IMG/VR virus record: IMGVR_UViG_3300017963_000014
Location: 1-64,000 of that record
DNA: 64,000 nt
Direction: 5' to 3' (one strand)
From: a virus
Position 1 is the stretch's first letter; the number at the start of each line of letters is the position of its first letter. Position numbers and translations under genes: made by a program. Positions 24,324-31,869 of this stretch are shown one piece after another. Below the pieces are notes generated by a model that was given only the letters and a program-made list of their open reading frames with translations, did not search any database and was not told where the DNA came from.

Positions 24324-25935
24324 CGTTCACCTCCAGCTCCCGGAGGATCTCGCTCGTCAGCTGGACCCGCTCGCCCGGTCTCTCCGAGTACCAGACCCGG
24401 TGCGGGGGCTTGACCGCGTTCGCGACCGCCCGCGCGTGCCCCGGGAGGACGAGGCGGTCCCAGAAGTAGAAGTAGATCGCGTCCGCTTTTCCCGGACTCG
24501 GCCGCTTGAACCGCCCGAACTGCTGCGTAAATCGCCCCGCGTTCGCGGCCGCTGGCGTGCAGCCGAAGCCGCGGTCGAGCCGCGGAACGTCGAGCCCCTC
24601 GTCCGCTACGGAGGTCCCGACCGCGACCCGGAGCGAGCCGTCCTCGAGGCCGGCGGCGACCCGGTCCTGCTCGCGGGCGTCCCGGCCGCCCATCAGGCGG
24701 CCGACCTCGACGCTCCGGCGCTTAAGCCAGGCCTGGAGCTCGAGGCAGAGCTCGCGGCGGTCGGCGAGGAGGAGGCAGCTCCGCCCGGCCCGGACCTCCG
24801 GGAGGAGGTACTCGAGGATCCGCGCGCGCCGGAGCGGGTCGCGGGTCGCCTCCTCGAGGAGGTCCGCGTAGGTGTTCAGCGGACCGCGCCACTTCGTCGC
24901 CCTCGCCCACCTCCGGGCGGCGGAGACCGCGTTCTCGCGCTCGAGCCGCTCGAAGCCCTCGGCCGCTAGGCGACGCTCCCAGTTCAGGTCGAACTCGAGC
25001 TCGGTCGGGACTAAGACGACGTCGACCGGGACGACCCGCCCGGCGCGGTCGAGGTCCTCGTCCCGGATCTCGAAGAGGACCCGCGGGCGCCGACTCGAGA
25101 GCGCGGGCCCCGGGACCTCCTCCCCGAAGACCTGCGCCGTGAACGGCTCCCGCCCGTCCCGCCGCTTGAGCGTCGCGGTCGCGCCGAAGCGGTTCCGCGC
25201 CGGGAGGGAGTTCACGACCTCGGAGAAGGAGTTAGCCGGCGCGTGGTGGACCTCGTCGAGGATCACGGTACCGAAGCGCCGCCCCCAGGCGGGGTCCGCC
25301 TTCAGGCGGTTCCGGACGGAAGGGATCAGACCGATAAGGATCAGACCGTCTCGCTTCGCCTTCCCGTAGAGGACGCCGACCGCGCGCTCCCGGAGCCCGT
25401 AGTGCTCGGCCGCGCGCTCGACCCACTGCCGGAGGATCCGCTCCGTGTGGCAGAGCACTAGCGTCCGCTCCCCGAGCTCGGCCGCGACCGCGAGGAGGAT
25501 AGTGGTTTTGCCTGCCCCACACGGAGCGAGCAGTAGCCCCGCGCGCCGGCGGACGAGCGCCCGGACCGCGCTCCGCTGGTCCGCCCCGAGCTCCCAGCCC
25601 CCCGGGGTCCGGAAGCGGAGCCCGGTCGGTCCGGTCTCGCGGACGGTTCGGTCGACGACCGGGAAGAGCCCGGCGCCCGCTCGCCGCGCGAGGAGGCGGA
25701 GGACCGCGAGCCGGCCGCGGGGGAGGACGAGGAGGTCCGGTCCGTCGCGCTCGACGAGGGAGAGCGCGCGGGGGACGTTCCCGGTCCAGAGCCCCATCGA
25801 CCGCTTCTTGAAGTACTCCGGGTTCGCGACCTCGAACGCCTCCGTAAGCTCCCGGACCGAGAGCCCCGCGACCTTCAGTACGGAGCGGCGGACCCGGAGG
25901 CGGGAGTCGACGACGACCTCGATCGTGTTTCTCAT
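24313..25935 (-). CDS. Superfamily 2 DExH helicase (XPB/ResIII/UvsW-like)
   Basis: APCGAGKT, DEVHH, TAT.KRRDG, EGLDVPRLD, QQFGR.KR. Confidence 0.9.
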   Translation of the reverse strand: MRNTIEVVVDSRLRVRRSVLKVAGLSVRELTEAFEVANPEYFKKRSMGLWTGNVPRALSLVERDGPDLLVLPRGRLAVLRLLARRAGAGLFPVVDRTVRETGPTGLRFRTPGGWELGADQRSAVRALVRRRAGLLLAPCGAGKTTILLAVAAELGERTLVLCHTERILRQWVERAAEHYGLRERAVGVLYGKAKRDGLILIGLIPSVRNRLKADPAWGRRFGTVILDEVHHAPANSFSEVVNSLPARNRFGATATLKRRDGREPFTAQVFGEEVPGPALSSRRPRVLFEIRDEDLDRAGRVVPVDVVLVPTELEFDLNWERRLAAEGFERLERENAVSAARRWARATKWRGPLNTYADLLEEATRDPLRRARILEYLLPEVRAGRSCLLLADRRELCLELQAWLKRRSVEVGRLMGGRDAREQDRVAAGLEDGSLRVAVGTSVADEGLDVPRLDRGFGCTPAAANAGRFTQQFGRFKRPSPGKADAIYFYFWDRLVLPGHARAVANAVKPPHRVWYSERPGERVQLTSEILRELEVNDGR

Positions 25936-25963
25936 CTCTACGGGGGTCTATCTCGAGATGAGT

Positions 25964-26428
25964 CTACTTCGCCGCCGCCGCCCGCTGCTCGAGTGCCTCG
26001 AGGCTCGCCTCCGGCGGTCGGAGCCGCGGGAGCCTCGTCGCCCGCGGGAGCGCCGGGAGCGGCGCCGGCGCGTCCTCGCGCTCCAGGCTCCGGCGGAGCG
26101 GCGCCCGAACCCTCCGGCGGAGCGCGAGCTCGAGGACCGCGCGCGAGAGCCGGTCGAGGTCCCCCCGGAGCTCGCCCCGGAGCCGCTCGCTCCGGCGCTC
26201 CGAGGCCTCCGCGAGTCGGTCGAGGTCCCTCCGGAGTCCCTCGAGCCGCCCCTGGAGCTCCGCGACCCGCCGGGCCTTCTCCTCGTTTACCTTCTCGAGC
26301 GTCCCGCGGGAGGCGGCGTCGCAGCCGCGGACCGCGGAGAAGGCGCCGGGCGCGGAGAGGACCGCGTAGGCTAGTAGGAGCGCGAGCGCGCGGCCGCGGG
26401 TCTGCGTCTGCGTATCCGCCTCGGGCAT
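25964..26428 (-). CDS. Membrane-anchored coiled-coil protein
   Basis: N-terminal hydrophobic segment followed by heptad repeats. Confidence 0.55.
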   Translation of the reverse strand: MPEADTQTQTRGRALALLLAYAVLSAPGAFSAVRGCDAASRGTLEKVNEEKARRVAELQGRLEGLRRDLDRLAEASERRSERLRGELRGDLDRLSRAVLELALRRRVRAPLRRSLEREDAPAPLPALPRATRLPRLRPPEASLEALEQRAAAAK

Positions 26429-26430
26429 CG

Positions 26431-26811
26431 TCAGGTCTTCCTCGGGGCGAGCGCGGCCGCGGGGACCGCGGGGTAGCCCGGACCGGTCCGGGACCTCCGG
26501 CTCCGCCGAACCTCCTCCCGGAGGCGCTCGGCGAGTCCCCGGACGTCCTCGGTCGCGCGCTCGGCGAGCTCGGCGGCCGCGAGCGCCCGGCGCCGGGGGT
26601 TCGGCGAGGCTAGCTCGCGGCGGATCCGGAGCGCGTCGCGGAGCGCGTCCTCCTCGACGATCCCGCGGTTCCGGAGCAGCTCGGCGAGGACCTCGTCCTC
26701 GCTCATCCCGCGGGCGAAGCGCTCGAGCTCCTCGACCCTCGACTTCGGGACCGCCCCGATCGAGACGAGGACGGCCGCGAGGGACTCGCCCCCGTTCGGA
26801 CCGCGGCTCAC
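26431..26811 (-). CDS. MshEN/GspE-N-terminal-like tandem helical motif protein
   Basis: SLAAVLVSIGAV....VEEL and VLAELLRNRGIVEEDALRDAL resemble tandem RLGxxLxxxGxxxxxxLxxAL motifs. Confidence 0.5.
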   Translation of the reverse strand: MSRGPNGGESLAAVLVSIGAVPKSRVEELERFARGMSEDEVLAELLRNRGIVEEDALRDALRIRRELASPNPRRRALAAAELAERATEDVRGLAERLREEVRRSRRSRTGPGYPAVPAAALAPRKT

Positions 26812-27053
26812 GAGAAGGACCTCCGGAGCTCGCGGATCTCGTCCCGCGAGCTCTCTAGCGTCGCTCGGAACTCCGCGGTACTCCCGACGTACTTCTCCGA
26901 GAGCGTGTAGAGCCGGTCGGAGAGCGCGACGCAGCGGCGCCAGAGGACGGCGACCGCGAGGGAGAGGGAGGCGCAGAGGAGCCCCCAGGGGGCGCCGGAC
27001 TCGAGGAGGCCTTCGAGGAGGGGGGTCATCGGGCGGGTTCCGCTCCTTCTCAT
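26808..27053 (-). CDS. Small single-TM protein, BhlA-like holin candidate
   Basis: GAPWGLLCASLSLAVAVLW followed by a charged coiled coil. Start may be 27029. Confidence 0.5.
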   Translation of the reverse strand: MRRSGTRPMTPLLEGLLESGAPWGLLCASLSLAVAVLWRRCVALSDRLYTLSEKYVGSTAEFRATLESSRDEIRELRRSFS

Positions 27054-27122
27054 CGGAAACTCTTTCCGACTCCGTAGAGGGTAACCCGCCTAACTAAATT
27101 CGGGCGGGGTTATGCGCTCGCG

Positions 27123-27962
27123 CTAGCTCAGAACCGCGTCGATCGCGTCGGAGAGCCCGTTCGAGCGGACGCGGATCCGCGCTATATCCGAGGCGACGAG
27201 CCCGGTCAGCGCGGCGTGAGTCAGCTCGATCGAGGCGTCGGTCCAGGTCGCGGCGGGCGTCGGACCCGTGTTCGACTTCGGGAGCGCCGCTACGCCGGCG
27301 ACCGAGAGCGAGTTCGCGGCGAAGTTCCCGACCCCGCCGGCGAGCGCGGTCTCGGGCGTCGCGGGCGTCGCGGTCCCGACGCCGCCGCCGGTGCACATCA
27401 ACCGCCCCTTCGCGGTCGCGTCCGAGTTGACGAACGTCGCGATCGCGTTCGCGGTGTCGACCCCGGCGTTGAAGCCGATCGTCCACTTCGTCCCGTCGAA
27501 CGCGACCGAGAGCGAGCCGGTGTTAACGAGCTCGAGCGTCTGCCCGGAGTCCCCCGGGGTCAGGAGCTCGAAGTCGACCTGGTCGGCGCCGCTCCCGATC
27601 GTGATTCCGTCCGGGAGCTGCCCCTGGAGCAGGTCCGAACCGAGGACGACGACGTCGCCGCCGGCGGCCGCTACCGCGCCGTCGACCGCGTCGAGTAGCG
27701 GCGGGGCGTCCATCGCGGCGCGGGCGGACCAGACCTCGGCGAAGCGCTCGAGCTCGAGGTTCGTCAGCGGCGCGCCGCCGTCGAAGACGACCTCGGAGTC
27801 CGCCGCGAGGACGTCAGCCGCGAGGACGCGTTGCCAGTCGCGGTGAATGAGGAGAATCGACGCCGGGATAACGCCGCTCGCGTCGTTCGCGAGGCTCCCG
27901 ACGTAGGGGGAGACCCGGTCTCCGCCGCTCACGTTCTTAACTGTTACCAGCTTCTCGGACAT
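27123..27962 (-). CDS. Putative virion structural protein (279 aa)
   Basis: G/A/T-rich beta composition, T.LAGG motif, located next to fibre genes. Confidence 0.5.
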   Translation of the reverse strand: MSEKLVTVKNVSGGDRVSPYVGSLANDASGVIPASILLIHRDWQRVLAADVLAADSEVVFDGGAPLTNLELERFAEVWSARAAMDAPPLLDAVDGAVAAAGGDVVVLGSDLLQGQLPDGITIGSGADQVDFELLTPGDSGQTLELVNTGSLSVAFDGTKWTIGFNAGVDTANAIATFVNSDATAKGRLMCTGGGVGTATPATPETALAGGVGNFAANSLSVAGVAALPKSNTGPTPAATWTDASIELTHAALTGLVASDIARIRVRSNGLSDAIDAVLS

Positions 27963-28030
27963 CTTCTCGCCCTCTCGTTAGGGGGGTTTCTAGGGTTTAC
28001 TTCCGCCGTTCGCCGCGCGCGCCTACGTCG

Positions 28031-28255
28031 TCAGCCGGCGCGAGCGCGGGCCTCGCTCATCCGGCGGTTGAAGCAGCGGTCGCACCTACGGTGCTCCGCC
28101 GGTACCTCCGGGTCCCGGGCGCCCTTCCCGCATTGCGGGCAGCAGGGGCGGCCGCAGTCGGCGCAGACGTACTTCGGGAGGTCCTCGCCCGGGGGCGAGC
28201 GGAAGCCGCAGCCCTTCTCGGCCGGGTCGCAGTAGCCGTTGGCCCAAATCGCCAT
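28031..28255 (-). CDS. Small Cys-rich zinc-finger protein
   Basis: C.....GC, CADC...CCPQC, CDRC; GAGGAG upstream. Confidence 0.6.
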   Translation of the reverse strand: MAIWANGYCDPAEKGCGFRSPPGEDLPKYVCADCGRPCCPQCGKGARDPEVPAEHRRCDRCFNRRMSEARARAG

Positions 28256-28319
28256 CTTCTCTTCTCTCCTCGCGCGGTTATAACCGCGCGCTTTGGGGTT
28301 AACGCGGCGTTACCTACCT

Positions 28320-30131
28320 CTACGGTTCCTGACTGAGCTGCGAGCGGACGTTCGCGACGGAGCCGCTCCAGGGGTCGGAGATCCCGATCGAAGTCTGAGC
28401 CCCGGCGAACCCGTCGGGGTGCGCGACGAACCCGTCGAGCGAGATCTCGCCGCCGGAGGCGGAGAAGCCCGAGAGGTCCTCGGTCCCGTTCTCGAACTGT
28501 ATCGAGCTCCCGTCCGGCGCCTTGATGCAGAACCCCGAGTTCCCCGTCCCCGTGATCTTCCCCTCGATCCGGATATCCGAGCCGCGGGCGTAGATCGGGT
28601 CGACCGCGTTCGAGATGTCGACGTTGTTCCCGAGCGTCACGCCGCCGTTGATCGCGGTGATCCCCCCGAGCGTCGGGAAGGGGTACCCGAACGGACGAAA
28701 CCCGCCGAGGTAGCACTCCTCCCACTCGACGACGAGGTCGAGCTTCCCGTTCCCGATCTGCGTGTTCGCGAACGTCGAACCCTCGCGGACGCGTACGCCG
28801 GCGCCGGGGCAGGAGTTGCAGGTCAGCTGCTCGCCGACCGCGCCGTAGAAGTTGACGAACCCGCCGCACCACTGCACGAGCCCGTCGTTGAAGTAAATCG
28901 ACGCCGGACCGCCGACGACGCCGACGCCGGCGAAGTTCCCGGCGAGGTCGGAGCCGCCGCCCATGACGGCGGGGTCGCGCGGGGTATTGTAGAACCCGCA
29001 GGCGTTGTCGCGCGCGTACGCGATCTCCCAGCGCCAGAGGTTCCCGACCCCGAGCTGCGCGCCCTTGTCGATCACGCAGGCGGCGACCTTCACGCCGCCC
29101 TTCGTGATCGTGAACGGGAGGTTCCCCGCGAGCGTGAAGCGCTGGATCCAGAGCGTACCCTCGCCCGAGACCGCCCACTTCCCGACCCGCGTACTCGCGT
29201 CGAACGAGAACGGTGCGCCGTTGACCGTGATCGTCGAGCTCGGCCGGACGATATCGAACTGAACCAGTCCCGGGTCCGCCGGAAACTCCCGCCCCTCGGT
29301 ACACGGCGAGAAGTTCGAACCGTCGTGCGTCGAGACCGTCCAGATCCCGGCGCCGGGGCCGGTGTAGACGCGGAGCATCTCGCCCTTGAGCGTATTCGGG
29401 GTAAGCGCGAGGCCGGAGTAGCCGATCGAGGTCAGGGAGGAGGCGTCCGCCGTGAACGGCGACCCGCCGTTGTCGAGAACGACCGTGAGCCCGTCGCCGC
29501 CGTCGATCACGCAGTCGTTCCGGTCGAAGATCGAGAGCAGGACCGACTCGACCGGACCGAGCGTGTGGTCCCCGGGCGCGTGCAGGACGAACGGGTGCTT
29601 GAATCCGATCTGGGCGAGAACCGCGATCGCGCGGTTGAATGTCTTCCACGGACCGACGCCGCCCGCCCCGGGAGTGTCCGAGAGACCGTCGTTCGAGTCG
29701 TCGCCCGCGACGGTGTCGACCCAGTACTCGCGCGCCGCGGTCGAGAGCTTCGTCAGCCGCTCGTCGGCCTCGGTCAGGTACGGGTTCGAGGCCGAGGGGG
29801 TCCCGGCCGATCCCGCGAGCGCCGCCTTCTCGTCCGCGGAGAGCGGGGCCCCGCCGACGACGAGCGACCCGGTGTTGTACTCCGGGAAGCCGTCCCAGAC
29901 GAAGTCGATTTCGCCGAGGACGCGCTGCGCCTCGAGCAGGGAGTAGTCCGCGAGCTCGAGACCGCCGTCGACTCCGTTGACGGGGTCGACCGTTTTGCTC
30001 GGTTTCAGCTCCGAGGTCAGGTCGAGCGGGGTCCCCCGGTTCGGGGGATCGGCGCTCAGCGGTAGGGTTCGGATCGGGTTCCCGGCCGCGAGGTCTACGT
30101 CGGCGGCGGTCTTGTTGAAGCCGTAGAGCAT
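28320..30131 (-). CDS. Tailspike/fibre with probable parallel beta-helix
   Basis: YWVDTVAGDDSNDGLS...PWKTFNRAI motif precedes G/N-rich beta repeats. Confidence 0.65.
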   Translation of the reverse strand: MLYGFNKTAADVDLAAGNPIRTLPLSADPPNRGTPLDLTSELKPSKTVDPVNGVDGGLELADYSLLEAQRVLGEIDFVWDGFPEYNTGSLVVGGAPLSADEKAALAGSAGTPSASNPYLTEADERLTKLSTAAREYWVDTVAGDDSNDGLSDTPGAGGVGPWKTFNRAIAVLAQIGFKHPFVLHAPGDHTLGPVESVLLSIFDRNDCVIDGGDGLTVVLDNGGSPFTADASSLTSIGYSGLALTPNTLKGEMLRVYTGPGAGIWTVSTHDGSNFSPCTEGREFPADPGLVQFDIVRPSSTITVNGAPFSFDASTRVGKWAVSGEGTLWIQRFTLAGNLPFTITKGGVKVAACVIDKGAQLGVGNLWRWEIAYARDNACGFYNTPRDPAVMGGGSDLAGNFAGVGVVGGPASIYFNDGLVQWCGGFVNFYGAVGEQLTCNSCPGAGVRVREGSTFANTQIGNGKLDLVVEWEECYLGGFRPFGYPFPTLGGITAINGGVTLGNNVDISNAVDPIYARGSDIRIEGKITGTGNSGFCIKAPDGSSIQFENGTEDLSGFSASGGEISLDGFVAHPDGFAGAQTSIGISDPWSGSVANVRSQLSQEP

Positions 30132-30162
30132 CTTTCCGTCTCCTTCCGAGGGTTACCGACGC

Positions 30163-30411
30163 TTAGGTCGGGACTCCGTTCGCGTTGACCCAGGCGGTTC
30201 CGTTCCACCAGTTCGGGGCGCCGTCCGAGACGTTGAAGATCCACTCCCCGACCTGGTTCCCCGCCGTCGGGCGGGTCGAGGTCGAGTAGACCCGGGTCCG
30301 GAGCTCGTTCAGGAGCCGCGGGAGGTGACCGGCGGGTTCGCTTAGGGGCTCGGTGAGGTTGCTTCCGCCCTGGAAGTGGTCGTCCTTCAAGGGGAATTGA
30401 TTCAGGGGCAT
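30163..30411 (-). CDS. Small fibre-associated protein
   Basis: RPT...GEWIFN...PNWWNGTAWVNANG motif typical of tailspike/fibre modules. Confidence 0.55.
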   Translation of the reverse strand: MPLNQFPLKDDHFQGGSNLTEPLSEPAGHLPRLLNELRTRVYSTSTRPTAGNQVGEWIFNVSDGAPNWWNGTAWVNANGVPT

Positions 30412-30505
30412 CTACCCGTCCTTTCGCTCGAAGACTATCTGTACGGAACGGGTAAAGAGTAAACCCCCGGCCGGGGGCGATCTCCGCGAGAATGAGGGGA
30501 GAGCG

Positions 30506-30991
30506 CTACCGCGAGGCGCCGACCGCGCCGACGCAGGCGCCGGCGCCGGCGATCAGGCCGGCGACGAGCGAGACGTACGGGGTTTTGTACCAGGGGATCG
30601 CCGGCGAGGCGAGCGCCCGCTCGTAGATCCGGCGCTCCCTCGCGAGCGCCTCCTCCGCCGCCGCCCGCTTCGCCCGCTCCTCCCTAAGCTCCGCCTTACC
30701 CCGCCTCCGCTCGGCCTCGAGCTCCGCCTTCGCCCGCTCCCGCGCGGCCTTTAACTCGACCGCGGCCCGTCTCTCGACCCGCTCGACCTCCGCGACGAGC
30801 TTCGCGAGGGTATCGGTCGAGAGGAGAACCCCGTCGAACGGGGCGGGTTTACCGCGCTCGAGCTTGACCCGCCGCTCAGTTTCCGCCCCCGCCGAAGGAT
30901 CGGCCCAGGATCGAGTCGAGACGCTCGAGCAGAGCGTCGGGATCGTTAGCAAGCTCGCGAGCGCGAGCGCGCGCGTTCTCGTCGGCCTCAT
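30506..30991 (-). CDS. Exported coiled-coil protein with C-terminal TM; spanin-like candidate
   Basis: Signal peptide, G.PAPFDGVLL, coiled coil, WYK plus hydrophobic tail; overlaps the 3' end of the upstream gene. Confidence 0.5.
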   Translation of the reverse strand: MRPTRTRALALASLLTIPTLCSSVSTRSWADPSAGAETERRVKLERGKPAPFDGVLLSTDTLAKLVAEVERVERRAAVELKAARERAKAELEAERRRGKAELREERAKRAAAEEALARERRIYERALASPAIPWYKTPYVSLVAGLIAGAGACVGAVGASR

Positions 30992-31241
30992 CTAACTCCG
31001 CCTTTCGCCGGGAGGCGACCTCCCGGAGCTCGGTTTCCAGTTCCCGCGCGACCCGCTCGGCCTCGACCCGCTTCTCCCGCTCGGCCTCGAAGTTCGCGCG
31101 GATCCGCGTACTCTCGCTCTCCGCGAGCGCCGCGCGGTCGACGTCTCGGCGGGACCCGAACCTCCGGAGGAGGAGCCAGAGCCCGAGGGCGACGAGAGCC
31201 GCGAGGCCGGCGCCGAGGAGGAGCCATCCCCACCAGGGCAT
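30876..31241 (-). CDS. N-terminal TM plus coiled coil; i-spanin-like candidate
   Basis: MPWWGWLLLGAGLAALVALGLWLLL followed by a charged helix. Confidence 0.55.
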   Translation of the reverse strand: MPWWGWLLLGAGLAALVALGLWLLLRRFGSRRDVDRAALAESESTRIRANFEAEREKRVEAERVARELETELREVASRRKAELDEADENARARARELANDPDALLERLDSILGRSFGGGGN

Positions 31242-31840
31242 CAGCTAGGTTCCCCGTTCGGCTTCGAGGCGGCGACCGCGGCCTCCGCCTCGGGGATCTT
31301 CGCGAGGATCATCGCGCGGAGCTTCCGGCGGGCCTTCTCCGAGCCGCCGAACCGGGCGTCGACGGACTCGACGAACTCCCAGGCCCAGCGCTCCTTCTCC
31401 GCGCTGGGACTCTTCGGCTTACCCTCCCCGAGCGCGGACGCCGCCTTCTTCTCCGCGTAGAGCGCGGCCTTCCCGCCGAGCGCGTCGAGGGTCTCTAGAT
31501 CGACCTTTAAACCTATCTTCCGGAGTAGGGCGAAGAGGAGGACGGAGAGGACCGGGACGAAGATCGCGAGGGTAGCTTTGATGACGTCGACGAGGAGCGC
31601 CTGCCACCAGCTCTGTCTCTCCCCGTCCCTCGACTTCGTCTCCCCCGCCGGGTCCTTCGCTTCGTCCCCAGGTTTCTTTGTATCGTCCCTCGGAGCCTTC
31701 GTCTCGCCCGCGGGGGCGTTCGGGGGAAGGGTTTCTCCCGATAGTACAGCTCCGCCGCCCCCTCCGTCCGGGGCGGCCGAGAGCGAGGCGGGGGCGAGGA
31801 GTAGGGAGAGGATCAGGGTTAGAAGTAGGGTCGGTTTCAT
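31241..31840 (-). CDS. Holin-like membrane protein with N-terminal signal peptide
   Basis: Signal peptide, linker, TM, then A..YAE.....S.EK...A pattern resembling LL-H-type holins. Confidence 0.5.
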   Translation of the reverse strand: MKPTLLLTLILSLLLAPASLSAAPDGGGGGAVLSGETLPPNAPAGETKAPRDDTKKPGDEAKDPAGETKSRDGERQSWWQALLVDVIKATLAIFVPVLSVLLFALLRKIGLKVDLETLDALGGKAALYAEKKAASALGEGKPKSPSAEKERWAWEFVESVDARFGGSEKARRKLRAMILAKIPEAEAAVAASKPNGEPS

Positions 31841-31869
31841 TTCGCGTTCTCCTTTCGAGAGAGGTTTAA

